Below, one piece after another: positions 16,656 through 26,807 of a stretch of 64,000 nucleotides of DNA. The translations under genes were made by a program, and so were the position numbers. Source of the stretch: Candidatus Moraniibacteriota bacterium (lineage in GTDB: Bacteria > Patescibacteriota > Minisyncoccia > Moranbacterales > UBA1568); contig JAGOSP010000004.1 in the NCBI GenBank assembly GCA_018062205.1, positions 198-64,197 on the forward strand, written 5' to 3'. The notes beneath the pieces were generated by a model. That model did not search any database, had not been told where the DNA came from, and saw nothing but the letters and a program-made list of their open reading frames with translations. The first letter of the stretch is position 1; the number at the start of each line of letters is the position of its first letter.

Positions 16656-18287
16656 TTATTTTCTTAAGTATCGAAGCGGTATTGTGACTGAGAAAAAAGC
16701 GACGAGAAGAGAGAAGAGGAAGAAAAGTATAAGGAAAGTAAAATCTTTGGAAATAAGATAACTCCGAACGGCAGTAGCTGCGAATCCTCCGTAAAGTACG
16801 GAAGTAAAGATAAAGGTGAGACCAGGGAGAGATGTGCTGAGGAATTCAGGATCATCCGTTTCGAAATTTGGGAAAAGAGCCCCAAGAGCAAGGCCATACA
16901 GCGTTGTTGTGGCTGAGGCAAGGCAAACGACACTCAAAACGAGGAAATACTGGAAGGAAGAAAGGGGTATAACGAGTGTATTGAGAAGAGAAAAGAGGAA
17001 ACCAAGGAGAATGAGAAGCGGTACATAGAAACCAATGCGTGCTAAGAAGATTTTTGCTTTATCGAGAGGTGCACTTTCGATAACCCAACTCATTTTTTGC
17101 TCCATGCTAAAGGAAGGAAAAGCAAATCGGAGTACAAACATATTGACGAAGTAGATAGCAGCAGCAATTTGTAGTGTAATGACGATATAGGGAAATACCT
17201 GTGGGCGTTCAGAGAGTTGGTGGTTCAAAATGAAGGTGGATCCATTTTGGAATAACCAGATAAGACAGAAGAATCCGAACCAGGTCATACCACGGGTGTT
17301 ACGAAAGAAAGTGATAATTTCTTTGCGAAAGAGAGCATTGAGTGGTCCAGAAGCATGGGAAAGCGTGGCAGCAAAAGAGCGAGGGGCGGAGCTGTGAGCA
17401 TTGTCAATTTCTTGAAAATGCTGCCACAGTGAAAGATGATTTTTTTTCAGAAGTAGAAACGGAATGAAAGCGAGACAAAGAAAGGCGAGAATAATACCGA
17501 CACTCTGCAAAAGAAGGTGGAGATTGTTTTGGCTGACAGCGAAGAATACGAGCGCTGCTGGGTGAGAAGGAAGTAGGGAGAAGTGTGACTGGATTAAGGT
17601 GATATCCGCAGTGGTATTTTCGATAGCTTCAACGGAGAAGAGGGTATTAAGCGAGACTGAACGTATGTTTTGCCAGGCGATGGAAATAAAAAGAGCAGAG
17701 AAGAGAAGCGTGATGAGGACAAGTACGCGGTGTGTGAGGAAGGTCTTTCGCAAGGAGAACAGTATTTTTGCAACAAGGAAAATAAGCGAGAGTGCAGTAA
17801 TGACAGCGAGAGCAACAAAGAGAGCAAGAGCAAGAATGATAAAAAGTGCCCCCCAGAAAGAGAGTTGATAGGTGAGGCTGAGCGCGAGGAGTGCAGGGAG
17901 AATCAAGATAAGAATTGGCCAGAGCGAAACAAAAAACATTCGTGTGAGAATAAGTAGTGGTATGAGCGGGAATTTTGGCGAAAGAGCAAGAAGAACCTTC
18001 TCCTTCCCTGAAAAGAGACTAAAGAGACCAGTGATGAGTGCGCTGACAAATATTAAGACAAAAAGAGTGAACATGAAGAGTTCGGAGAGATAGAGAAGGA
18101 GTGCTTCTTCGAAATATCCAGAGAATGAGAGGAATCGGAAACCATGAAGAAAAAACAAAAAAATTGCCGCTGAAAGTGAGAGGATGAGTAGGACGAAGAG
18201 AGAGGCAGTGGTAATCTTCGCAGTACGATTCTGCGAAAAATACCGAGCTGTTCTTCGACAAAGATGGTGAAAAAAAAGTGGGAACAC
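16656..18287 (-). CDS. large polytopic ABC-2-type transporter permease
   Basis: 543 aa with at least 12 hydrophobic helices. It sits immediately downstream of an ABC ATPase (4-nt gap). Confidence 0.6.
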   Translation of the reverse strand: MFPLFFHHLCRRTARYFSQNRTAKITTASLFVLLILSLSAAIFLFFLHGFRFLSFSGYFEEALLLYLSELFMFTLFVLIFVSALITGLFSLFSGKEKVLLALSPKFPLIPLLILTRMFFVSLWPILILILPALLALSLTYQLSFWGALFIILALALFVALAVITALSLIFLVAKILFSLRKTFLTHRVLVLITLLFSALFISIAWQNIRSVSLNTLFSVEAIENTTADITLIQSHFSLLPSHPAALVFFAVSQNNLHLLLQSVGIILAFLCLAFIPFLLLKKNHLSLWQHFQEIDNAHSSAPRSFAATLSHASGPLNALFRKEIITFFRNTRGMTWFGFFCLIWLFQNGSTFILNHQLSERPQVFPYIVITLQIAAAIYFVNMFVLRFAFPSFSMEQKMSWVIESAPLDKAKIFLARIGFYVPLLILLGFLFSLLNTLVIPLSSFQYFLVLSVVCLASATTTLYGLALGALFPNFETDDPEFLSTSLPGLTFIFTSVLYGGFAATAVRSYLISKDFTFLILFFLFSLLVAFFSVTIPLRYLRK

Positions 18288-18290
18288 GGT

Positions 18291-19013
18291 TTAAGCAGTA
18301 ATGATATTGTACATAGTTTCGAGAGAGGCAGACGGTGTTTGGTGTATGTGTTCTCGAATATCCGCAAGGCTTCCTACGGAGATTATCCTCCCTTTTTTAA
18401 GGACACCGATACGATGTGAAATAGTTTCAGCTACTGGGAGCGTATGTGTGACAAGCAGTACGGATCCGCCTTGTTTGGCAAATTCGGTGAAAATGTGTTT
18501 GGCAACAATTGCGCTTTCGGGGTCCAGACCAACGATGGGTTCGTCAATAAGGAGGAGTTTGGGCTCATGGAGAAGTGCGGCTAAAATACTGAATTTTTGT
18601 TTATTTCCACGAGAGTATCCATCAAAATCATCCGTTTCACTTCCATCGATATGAAAGAGAGGAAGGAGTTCGGAAATTTTCTGTTTTCGTTTGGCTTCAT
18701 CGACACCGTAGAGCGCTCCGACGAAGTGTAGAAACTCTTCGCCTGTCATGCCGGGCCAGGTAGCTGGTTCATCGGGAATATATCCAATAAGAGACTTTGT
18801 TTTGAGTGGTTCGCGAACGGTATCGCTCCCATTGACAGTGATAGTCCCGTGGTCTGGATGAAGGAGACCAACAATCATTTTAATAATGGTTGTTTTTCCG
18901 GAACCATTTGATCCGATAAGCGAAAAGATCTCTCCCGATTCAAGAGAAAAGCTGACATCGTCGACAGCAGTCTTGTCACCGAAACGTTTGACGAGGTGAT
19001 CTAGAATGAGCAT
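18291..19013 (-). CDS. ABC transporter ATP-binding protein
   Basis: Walker A GSNGSGKTT, a degenerate LSGG-type signature (YSRGNKQK), and Walker B LLLIDEP. Confidence 0.9.
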   Translation of the reverse strand: MLILDHLVKRFGDKTAVDDVSFSLESGEIFSLIGSNGSGKTTIIKMIVGLLHPDHGTITVNGSDTVREPLKTKSLIGYIPDEPATWPGMTGEEFLHFVGALYGVDEAKRKQKISELLPLFHIDGSETDDFDGYSRGNKQKFSILAALLHEPKLLLIDEPIVGLDPESAIVAKHIFTEFAKQGGSVLLVTHTLPVAETISHRIGVLKKGRIISVGSLADIREHIHQTPSASLETMYNIITA

Positions 19014-19093
19014 AGATTATTTGGAAAGAAAGAAATTGATATCTTCTATTATATCAAAGAGTATCGGCGAGAGGAAATGAGGCAGTGCCTATT

Positions 19094-19993
19094 TTACTGA
19101 GTTGGCAGCATGCATTTTTCTGAGAGGGAAGGGGTGATATGTGAGGCAAGAAAAGTATAGGCGCCAAGAACTTCGGTTGAATCGGCGGTAATCCCAGGAT
19201 AACGGTTGACTTCGAGGAGATAAGGGAAGCCAGTCTGTTTGTCAATAATAATATCAGCGCGAGACCAAGAAAGGCCAAGGAGTCCGCTGGCTTGGATAGC
19301 CATTTCCTGAATATTCTTTGGTATCTCAGCTACGGTGACAAAATGCTCTTTTGCTCCATTACAGGTGTTATTACGAAACTCTCCTTGAGAAGGATAACTT
19401 TTTTCACCAGAAACCACCTGCCCATTTACGACCATAATGCCCCAGTCGTACTCATTTGTGATGAAACGCTGAAGGAGAAATCGTTTATTCTTTGGGAGGG
19501 CAGCCATCTTTTTGAGGAGTTCTGACTCATTGGCAACATATTCGGAATCCTTTCCTTTGGATCCGCGAATGTCTTTGATGATAAGTGGGTAGCCACAGAT
19601 CTTTTTAATGAGGGGCATGCTCGATTCAAAGTTGGCGCGACTCACATAGACAGTATCAGGAATAGGAAGTCCGTGTAGACTAAATACCATACAGTCAGTT
19701 ACTTTTGAAGTATTTTTTTCGGCGTAGGAATGAGGTGTTTTGGTGAATTCAAAATAAAGACGGAGTGCATAGGCAGTGTCTCGGCAGCTCCATCCGGAAG
19801 TAAGCCACACAAAGGAAAAATGTCGGGTATCAATGCCTCGATGAAGCACTTGAACATCTCCTTCTTGGAAGGAGAGTGAGATATCACGATATTGCCCAGC
19901 AGTGTGTTGTATCGGAAAGGAGAATTTTTGGAGCGCTTGTTTGGTGCTCTGAGCGGACGGCAGACTAAGAAGGGTGAATGGAGTTGATGGCAT
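19094..19993 (-). CDS. ATP-grasp ligase (RimK/glutathione-synthetase-like)
   Basis: C-terminal ATP-grasp signature ...YLLEVNRYPGI... The track ORF starts at TTG (20038). The first ATG at 19993 was chosen, so the start is uncertain. Confidence 0.65.
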   Translation of the reverse strand: MPSTPFTLLSLPSAQSTKQALQKFSFPIQHTAGQYRDISLSFQEGDVQVLHRGIDTRHFSFVWLTSGWSCRDTAYALRLYFEFTKTPHSYAEKNTSKVTDCMVFSLHGLPIPDTVYVSRANFESSMPLIKKICGYPLIIKDIRGSKGKDSEYVANESELLKKMAALPKNKRFLLQRFITNEYDWGIMVVNGQVVSGEKSYPSQGEFRNNTCNGAKEHFVTVAEIPKNIQEMAIQASGLLGLSWSRADIIIDKQTGFPYLLEVNRYPGITADSTEVLGAYTFLASHITPSLSEKCMLPTQ

Positions 19994-20232
19994 GGGGCGA
20001 GAAATCAGAAACGGATAAAAGATTTCCCTTTTATACAAGCCTTTTTATGTGCACAAGAATGAGCACGAAAGAGAAGTAAGATCTAAAATGATCAAAAATG
20101 AGAGAATCATCTAAAATTATATAATATTTTACGTATTTTGTAAAGAAAAAATATAAATATAGAAAGAAGGCATTTCTTGGCGATTGTTTCTTGGCAAGAG
20201 ACTTGGTACAATGGTGGTATAAGAAAAAAATT

Positions 20233-20478
20233 ATGTGTCTTGCGATACCCGGAAAAATTGAGGTGGTGGAAGGAAAAAAAGCGATGGTAAATTTCGGAGG
20301 AATCAAGCGTCGCGTTGATCTTTCCTTTCTCGATGATGCAGCCCAAGATGATTGGGTTTTGGTGCATGTTGGTTTTGCTCTTCAAAAAATAGATGAGGCA
20401 TCGGCACGAGAGGCGTACCATTTGCTTGCCGATACCCGTCCTGCTGATCTTGATGCAGAATTAAAAGCAATGTCATGA
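20233..20478 (+). CDS. hypC: [NiFe] hydrogenase maturation factor HypC
   Basis: Begins MCLAIPGKI (the essential Cys2). 81 aa. An extended -10 (TGgTACAAT) lies upstream at about 20203. Confidence 0.9.
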   Translation: MCLAIPGKIEVVEGKKAMVNFGGIKRRVDLSFLDDAAQDDWVLVHVGFALQKIDEASAREAYHLLADTRPADLDAELKAMS

Positions 20479-21494
20479 AAAGTCCGCTTCTTGCTGCCAT
20501 CGAGACTCTAGCGAAAGATATGGGTGAAGTGCGACTTATGGAAGTATGTGGCGGACATACGAACACGGTGATGCGTTTTGGTTTGCGGGAGGTCTTACCT
20601 TCGAATGTTCGTTTAATTTCTGGTCCTGGATGTCCAGTGTGTGTGACATCACAGCACGATATTGATTCCATGGTGGAATTGGCGCTTTCGGGGGTCCCAG
20701 TCGCAACGTATGGCGATATGATTAATGTGCCAGGGACAAAGATGAGCCTGGTAGATGCGCAAAACCTCGGAGCGGATGTGCGTATGGTGTATTCGATTGA
20801 TCAGATTATTGATGAGAAAGAGCGGGTATTTTTTGCCGTTGGGTTTGAGACAACGACACCGATGACTGCCAAGCTTCTCTCGGCGGGGATCAAAGTTTTT
20901 TGCGCACACAAGGTGATGCCGCCAGCCATGCGGGCGCTGACACAGGAAATGAATCTCGATGGTTTTATTGATCCGGGCCATGTTTCAGCTATTATCGGGA
21001 GCGATGTGTGGGGGAATATGGATATCCCATTGCCTCAAGTTATTTCTGGTTTTAAACCGGATCAACTCCTGCATGCAATTTTGACTTTGCTTGAACTGAT
21101 TAAGAATAAGGAAATACGGGTAGTAAATGACTATCCGGAGGTGGTGTTTCCGGGAGGCAATCCGATTGCGAAACGAATGATTAAAGAAACGTTGAAGCCA
21201 GTGGATTCTGAATGGCGAGGTATGGGAGTAATTCCTCTTTCAGGGCTAGCGCCGATCGATGAACGACTGGATGCCCGCCTGATTTATGCGGATCTTTTTA
21301 AGGATATCGTGAGCGTTGAACACCCCGAATGTCGCTGTGGAGAAATTGTTCGTGGCTTGGTTGAGCCAAGACAATGCCCTCTTTTTGGGACAGTTTGCAC
21401 GCCAGAGAATCCAAAGGGCGCTTGTATGGTGAGCGATTCTGAGGGAGCCTGTGCCATTGCTTATAAATATGGAAAAAGTTTAGCTGAAGTATGA
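20475..21494 (+). CDS. hypD: [NiFe] hydrogenase maturation factor HypD
   Basis: Motifs MEVCGGHT and GPGCPVCVT. Confidence 0.9.
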   Translation: MKSPLLAAIETLAKDMGEVRLMEVCGGHTNTVMRFGLREVLPSNVRLISGPGCPVCVTSQHDIDSMVELALSGVPVATYGDMINVPGTKMSLVDAQNLGADVRMVYSIDQIIDEKERVFFAVGFETTTPMTAKLLSAGIKVFCAHKVMPPAMRALTQEMNLDGFIDPGHVSAIIGSDVWGNMDIPLPQVISGFKPDQLLHAILTLLELIKNKEIRVVNDYPEVVFPGGNPIAKRMIKETLKPVDSEWRGMGVIPLSGLAPIDERLDARLIYADLFKDIVSVEHPECRCGEIVRGLVEPRQCPLFGTVCTPENPKGACMVSDSEGACAIAYKYGKSLAEV

Positions 21495-22519
21495 AGAAAA
21501 AAGATGAATCATGTCTGACGGGACAATGCCCGACACCGGTTGAACGCCCTTTGCATACGATTAAATTAAGTGAGGGGAGTGGTGGTCGTGAAATGCAAGC
21601 ACTTATTGGAACGCTCCGCGGACAGCTCGGCCCGACGAATAACTGGAAACACAGCGGGGATGATGGTGCGACCTTCTCTCTTGGAGATCAGCAATTGGTG
21701 TTTACCACGGATGCTTATGTGGTAACGCCGATTTTTTTTCCGGGAGGAAATATTGGGAAGATTGCATTTTGCGGTACGGTAAATGATTTAGCAGTGATGG
21801 GTGCTCGTCCGATTGGAATTTCTCTTTCACTGATTTTAGAGGAGGGATTTTCCAAGGAAGAATTTACGACCATTATCGACACCATCGGGAAACTGTCACG
21901 GGAAACTGGAATTCCAGTGGTGACTGGTGATACTAAGGTCGTTGAACGTGGGGGTATTGATAAAATCATCATCAATACGAGTGGCGTCGGATTGGCAGTG
22001 CGAGTACTCGAAGCACCACTCGAAGTGGGAGATGCAATAATTGTGTCTGGTGGTCTGGGCGAACATGGAGCAGCGCTACTTGCTCGACGCTTTGAACTGG
22101 AAACAACCCTGCAAACCGACAGCAAACCACTGCACGAAGAATTAGCAGTGATTGGTGACTATATCAAACAGGCGAAAGACATTACTCGGGGTGGGCTTGC
22201 CGCTATTCTGAATGAGCTTTCAGAGAAAAATTCGGTAGCTCTTACGGTTGAAGAAGCAGTTGTTCCATTGCATGACGAAGTTCGGGCTTTAACGGAGATG
22301 CTTGGTATTGATGTCTATAGTCTGGCGAGCGAAGGGCGCTTCGTTTGTATTGTGGCACCAGAACAGGAAAAGCGTGTACTTGAGATACTCCGCACCTTTA
22401 ATCCTTCGGCAGTGCAGATTGGAAGAGTGTCTGCTGGACGAGGAGTTTCCGTCCAGACAGTATATGGTAAGAAAATTCTCTCAATGCCTTCAGGGAATAT
22501 TGTTCCGCGGATTTGCTAG
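21491..22519 (+). CDS. hypE: [NiFe] hydrogenase maturation factor HypE
   Basis: AIR-synthase-like fold. N-terminal SGGREMQALI. C-terminal PRIC. Confidence 0.9.
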   Translation: MKKKDESCLTGQCPTPVERPLHTIKLSEGSGGREMQALIGTLRGQLGPTNNWKHSGDDGATFSLGDQQLVFTTDAYVVTPIFFPGGNIGKIAFCGTVNDLAVMGARPIGISLSLILEEGFSKEEFTTIIDTIGKLSRETGIPVVTGDTKVVERGGIDKIIINTSGVGLAVRVLEAPLEVGDAIIVSGGLGEHGAALLARRFELETTLQTDSKPLHEELAVIGDYIKQAKDITRGGLAAILNELSEKNSVALTVEEAVVPLHDEVRALTEMLGIDVYSLASEGRFVCIVAPEQEKRVLEILRTFNPSAVQIGRVSAGRGVSVQTVYGKKILSMPSGNIVPRIC

Positions 22520-24661
22520 ATATGCGGCGATTTGACCAAAACTGATGCCGCCATCACCAGAAGGAATTTCTTTGTTGACGAGAACGCCTTTGGAAAGAAA
22601 GTATTCAGTCATGATACGGTTATAAGCGCAGCCTCCGGCCCACACAATGGGCTTTTTTGTTTGGATGGCAATGGAATAAAGACCAATGGCTAGATATTTT
22701 TGTGCGGTGGCAGCAAGGCGGTATTTGTCCTCGTGTAAGTGTTCGATGAGGTAATGAAAGAGGGGAGTGGTTCGCAACACAGAATCTTTGATGACGGGGG
22801 TGATATCAAATGGCTCGGTAGAATATGCTTCTAGAAGCATGGCTGGTCGGCCATCATAAGTCCTCTCATCGCAGAGATTAAGGAGGGCAGCAGTCGCATC
22901 TAAAATTCGGCCGCAACTGGAGGTGAGAGGCGCATTGAATTTTTCGACAAATTGTTTTTCGAGGAGGGTGAGTTCGGAGGAAGAAAAGTGAGAATTGAGG
23001 AATGGACTACTCTCTTCAGGGGAAAGAAAGGACCGAAGAAGCGCATAGAGCATGCGGTGAGGAAATCGTGCGGCAGCATCACCACCAAGTTGCGGGTGGA
23101 GTTCGAGATGTCCAATGCGTGTGTGATTTTCAAATACCTCTCCACCCCAGAGCGTGCCATCATCTCCATAGCCAAGTCCGTCGCAAATGATAGCTGCAAA
23201 ATCGCTTAGCTGATGCTCGGCAGCAGCTGCATATGCATGGGCTCGGTGGTGTTGAATGGGAACGAGTGGAATGCTCAGTTGATTGGCAAGGTCGTGTCCA
23301 TAGAGAGACGTTTGATAATTTGGATGTGCATCACAAAGAATAGCCTGGGGCATGATATGAGCGTAAGAGAGGAAGCGATCAAGAGCAGCTCGATAGCGAT
23401 TGAAAGTGTCGGGATGAGTGGTGTTACCGATGTGCTGGGAGACAATAACACGCCCCTGTCCGTCATAGAGCGCGAATGTATTGTTCATTTCGGCACCAAG
23501 AGCGAGAAGGGGAGTTGTTATTGGCGAATGAATAATGATGGATTGAGGAACAAAGCCGCGGCTGCGTCGGATAAGTAAGGGTGTCTTGGCAATAACTTTG
23601 ACAACAGAATCATCGGTAGCATTGATAATCTCTCGATTATGGTCGAGTACCAGAGGGACAAATTGTTCTTCTCGCGTGGTGGTGAGTGGCGCGTGAGCCA
23701 GATTGGAAGAGGTGCAGATAAGCGGATAGGGATAATGTTCAAAGAGAAGGATATGGAGCGCAGTCGAAGCAAGCATAATGCCGAGAGTGTCGAGCTCGCT
23801 CACTTCTGGGGATTGGGTATTTTTTTTCACAAGAACGATAGGACGTTTTGGCGAAAGAAGTTGTTGCTCTTCTTCGAGAGTTGGACGAGAAATCATCTGC
23901 GCCATAGCGAGGTCTCGACAGAGAACTGCATAGGGTTTATGGATTCTTCCGGTAATGAGATTGAGCTTGTTTTTGGTTTTCTTCTGGGTATTACAGAATA
24001 AATGAAATCCACCAACTCCTTTGATGGCTACAACTTCTCCTTGAGAGAGCGCCTGCCCAACATGGTGGAGTATGTCTTGTTCAGCTGTTTTGGTTGAAGC
24101 AGCGCCATCTTGAAAGAGGGTGAGTTTTGGTCCACATGTGTGACAGGCGATGGTTTGAGCGTGGAATCTTCGACTTGTTGGATTGCGATACTCGTCACTA
24201 CAGTCAGGGCAGAGAGGAAAAATATGCATGGAGGTTGTTGCTCGGTCATAGGGACTTGATTTCGCCATAGTGAAGCGCGGACCGCAAAGAGTGCAGGTGA
24301 GAAAGAAATAATGGTGTCGGCGATTTTCTGGATTGCCAAGTTCTAAGAGGCAATCATCACACAAGAAAAAATCTGGTGGAATTTCAGAGAAACCTACGCC
24401 GGTGCTTGCGCGTATAGTGAAATCAGTACAGTGTTCCTTGGAGACTTCTTTCTGAATGGTATCAATACGCATGTGAGATGGAAGTTGATCAAGAATATTT
24501 TGAAAGGCTACGGTATCATTGACGACTACCACAACACCTTCTCCGGTGTTTTGCACGAAACCAAAAAGTTTCTCTTTGATACAGGCATTATAAATAAAAG
24601 GTCGGAATCCAACTCCCTGAACGATACCTTTAATAAGAAATTGGTGGAAAAGATGATTCAT
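22490..24661 (-). CDS. hypF: carbamoyltransferase HypF
   Basis: N-terminal acylphosphatase domain (VQGVGFRPF). Two Zn-finger-like CxxC pairs. YrdC and Kae1-like domains. Its 3' end overlaps hypE by 30 nt. Confidence 0.9.
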   Translation of the reverse strand: MNHLFHQFLIKGIVQGVGFRPFIYNACIKEKLFGFVQNTGEGVVVVVNDTVAFQNILDQLPSHMRIDTIQKEVSKEHCTDFTIRASTGVGFSEIPPDFFLCDDCLLELGNPENRRHHYFFLTCTLCGPRFTMAKSSPYDRATTSMHIFPLCPDCSDEYRNPTSRRFHAQTIACHTCGPKLTLFQDGAASTKTAEQDILHHVGQALSQGEVVAIKGVGGFHLFCNTQKKTKNKLNLITGRIHKPYAVLCRDLAMAQMISRPTLEEEQQLLSPKRPIVLVKKNTQSPEVSELDTLGIMLASTALHILLFEHYPYPLICTSSNLAHAPLTTTREEQFVPLVLDHNREIINATDDSVVKVIAKTPLLIRRSRGFVPQSIIIHSPITTPLLALGAEMNNTFALYDGQGRVIVSQHIGNTTHPDTFNRYRAALDRFLSYAHIMPQAILCDAHPNYQTSLYGHDLANQLSIPLVPIQHHRAHAYAAAAEHQLSDFAAIICDGLGYGDDGTLWGGEVFENHTRIGHLELHPQLGGDAAARFPHRMLYALLRSFLSPEESSPFLNSHFSSSELTLLEKQFVEKFNAPLTSSCGRILDATAALLNLCDERTYDGRPAMLLEAYSTEPFDITPVIKDSVLRTTPLFHYLIEHLHEDKYRLAATAQKYLAIGLYSIAIQTKKPIVWAGGCAYNRIMTEYFLSKGVLVNKEIPSGDGGISFGQIAAYLANPRNNIP

Positions 24662-24771
24662 ATTTCCTTACTATACTCGTGCCTTGTCTCAACAGCAAAG
24701 TTTTGCATGGAGGTTTTTTTGTGAGTATTTTGTGACAAAAGATGATACTATAAGAATAAAATTGTAGCACT

Positions 24772-26787
24772 ATGCAAATACATCATTGGTTTTCAGACGG
24801 GCATCCTCAAAAATATCATATAGCCGCTCTCCTCTTTGCCATTTTTGCCTTGGGTTCTGCGGCAACAACGACTATCTTTGCAAATGATCCCGAGCCTGCT
24901 GTTACAGTATGTTCATATAGTTATAGCGATTGGGGGAGCTGCCAGTCAACAGGAAAGCGTTTTCGTTTTGTAAAAGGATATGTACCGAGTGATTGTATTC
25001 AGGTGGACAAACCTTCCTTGATGGAATCTTGTACGCATGTAGAATCAGTCGCTTCTCAATGCGTGTATGCATATTCTGATTGGGGAGTTTGTCAGAGTGA
25101 TGGAAAACAAAAACGGTCTCTAACCTCAAAATCTCCTTCGGGTTGCGAAGAATACACGTATCCTCTTCTTGAACAACACTGCGTCTATGCTGGTGAGAGC
25201 AACAAGCAATCATGCGTGTACAGTTATAGCGATTGGGGGAGTTGCCAGTCAACAGGGAAGCGCTCTCGTGCGGTGACCGGCTATTCACCGAGCGATTGCG
25301 TACAGACGACCTTGCCTTATAAAGTAGATTCTTGCTTGTATACTGCTAAAAATACATCTGAGATAGCGAATACAGCTCAGTGTGTATATGCTTATTCAAA
25401 TTGGGGAAGCTGCCAAGCGAACGGCAAGAGAACGCGATCCCTGACGTCTAAATCACCCGTACATTGCGTGGAGTACACCCGTCCAGCGCTTGAGCAGAGC
25501 TGCATTTATGATGCCGTTATTGAAAACTCACTCGTAAAAGAAATTGATCGTTCGGAAATTCAATCAAAGGAGGTCTCCGAGACTGCAGACACACAGAGTG
25601 TGAGCACTGGTATTGTAACGCCTCCTTTTTCTTTTCAGAATGTTGTTGAGGGTATGACTTTGCATGGGAAATTTGAAATCAAGGGTGATGTTCGTAATGC
25701 AGAGAGTGTTGAGTATTATCTTGTTCCTATTGGATCAAATACGTATAAGTACATCGGAAAGGGTTCGCGGGTTTCCGAGACTGGTTGGAATCTTGTTTTT
25801 GCATCAGAAAAATTTCCGAACGGCGAATTTTATCTTCGAGTTAAGGTAAAGAATATCTACGGAGAGTACGGTAGCGGACAGAAAAAAATTCATATCGCTA
25901 ATCAGAATTTAGGAATAATTAATTCGACCTCCTCAGACGATGGATTTATTCCGTTTGAGATGAATAAAGTTGAGAAAATAGCGATCCTACAAAAAATGGA
26001 AGAGGAATTGCGGATTCCAAGAGAGGACACGGGAGATGCTTCTGATGAAGATCCTAATCAAAAAAGGAAGCGCATTTTTGATTACTGCCAGATTCAACCA
26101 GAAAAATGTTTTCCTGAACGCGATAGCGATAATGATGGCTTAAGCGATATCGATGAAATTCGTTATGGGACCAATCCTCAGTCCGCAGATAGCGACCTTG
26201 ATGGATTTATTGATGGAGATGAGGTAAGAGGCGGTTTTGATCCAGTGAAATATTCGCCAGGAGATCAGAGCGATCAAATCGTTTTTGAAAGTCCGAAGAT
26301 GTACGGAGAAGTTAAACAGAATTATGTCGTTCGAAATATCTCGTCTAAGCAGATGGATAACGGTGAACAGAAATTATATTTAGAAGGGCAAGGACTTCCA
26401 AATAGTTTTGTTACGATTTATATTTACAGTGACCCGATTGTGTTGACTGTTAAAACTGACAATGAAGGAAATTGGACGTATGAGCTCGATAAAAACCTTG
26501 AAGATGGGAATCACGAAGTCTATGTAGCAGTGACTGATAATACGGGGAAAATAACAGCAAAAAGCGAACCAATTGCCTTCGTAAAGACAGCGCAAGCTGT
26601 GACAGTGATTCCTACAGTTGAAGCAGCACCTGCCGTCGAAACTCTTTCGGTGACACAGAGCCATACCAGAAGAGATGTCCTCTTGCTGGTGTCGATTATT
26701 ACGGCAGCTATAGCAATAGCGTTAGCAACCATTGGATTTATCAAACATAAACGGAGTAGCGATGTTTCTGGGGAGACGATGCTTTAG
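24772..26787 (+). CDS. cell-surface protein: signal peptide, four tandem Cys-containing repeats, TSP3-like Ca-binding Asp-rich repeats, Ig-like region, C-terminal TM anchor
   Basis: Repeats C(V/S)Y(S/A)YSDWG(S/V)CQ(S/A)xGK(R/Q)xR occur 4 times, alternating two subtypes. DSDNDGLSDIDE..DSDLDGFIDGDE resembles thrombospondin type-3 repeats. A C-terminal hydrophobic helix is followed by KHKRSS. Confidence 0.65.
   Translation: MQIHHWFSDGHPQKYHIAALLFAIFALGSAATTTIFANDPEPAVTVCSYSYSDWGSCQSTGKRFRFVKGYVPSDCIQVDKPSLMESCTHVESVASQCVYAYSDWGVCQSDGKQKRSLTSKSPSGCEEYTYPLLEQHCVYAGESNKQSCVYSYSDWGSCQSTGKRSRAVTGYSPSDCVQTTLPYKVDSCLYTAKNTSEIANTAQCVYAYSNWGSCQANGKRTRSLTSKSPVHCVEYTRPALEQSCIYDAVIENSLVKEIDRSEIQSKEVSETADTQSVSTGIVTPPFSFQNVVEGMTLHGKFEIKGDVRNAESVEYYLVPIGSNTYKYIGKGSRVSETGWNLVFASEKFPNGEFYLRVKVKNIYGEYGSGQKKIHIANQNLGIINSTSSDDGFIPFEMNKVEKIAILQKMEEELRIPREDTGDASDEDPNQKRKRIFDYCQIQPEKCFPERDSDNDGLSDIDEIRYGTNPQSADSDLDGFIDGDEVRGGFDPVKYSPGDQSDQIVFESPKMYGEVKQNYVVRNISSKQMDNGEQKLYLEGQGLPNSFVTIYIYSDPIVLTVKTDNEGNWTYELDKNLEDGNHEVYVAVTDNTGKITAKSEPIAFVKTAQAVTVIPTVEAAPAVETLSVTQSHTRRDVLLLVSIITAAIAIALATIGFIKHKRSSDVSGETML
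24905..25510 (+). repeat. four in-frame tandem coding repeats (about 150 nt each) within the surface-protein gene
   Basis: R1 and R3 are near-identical at the DNA level (tatagcgattgggggag(c/t)tgccagtcaacagg(a/g)aagcg). R2 and R4 form a second subtype. Confidence 0.7.
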
Positions 26788-26807
26788 TGGTGTAGACGCT
26801 GGGAAAT

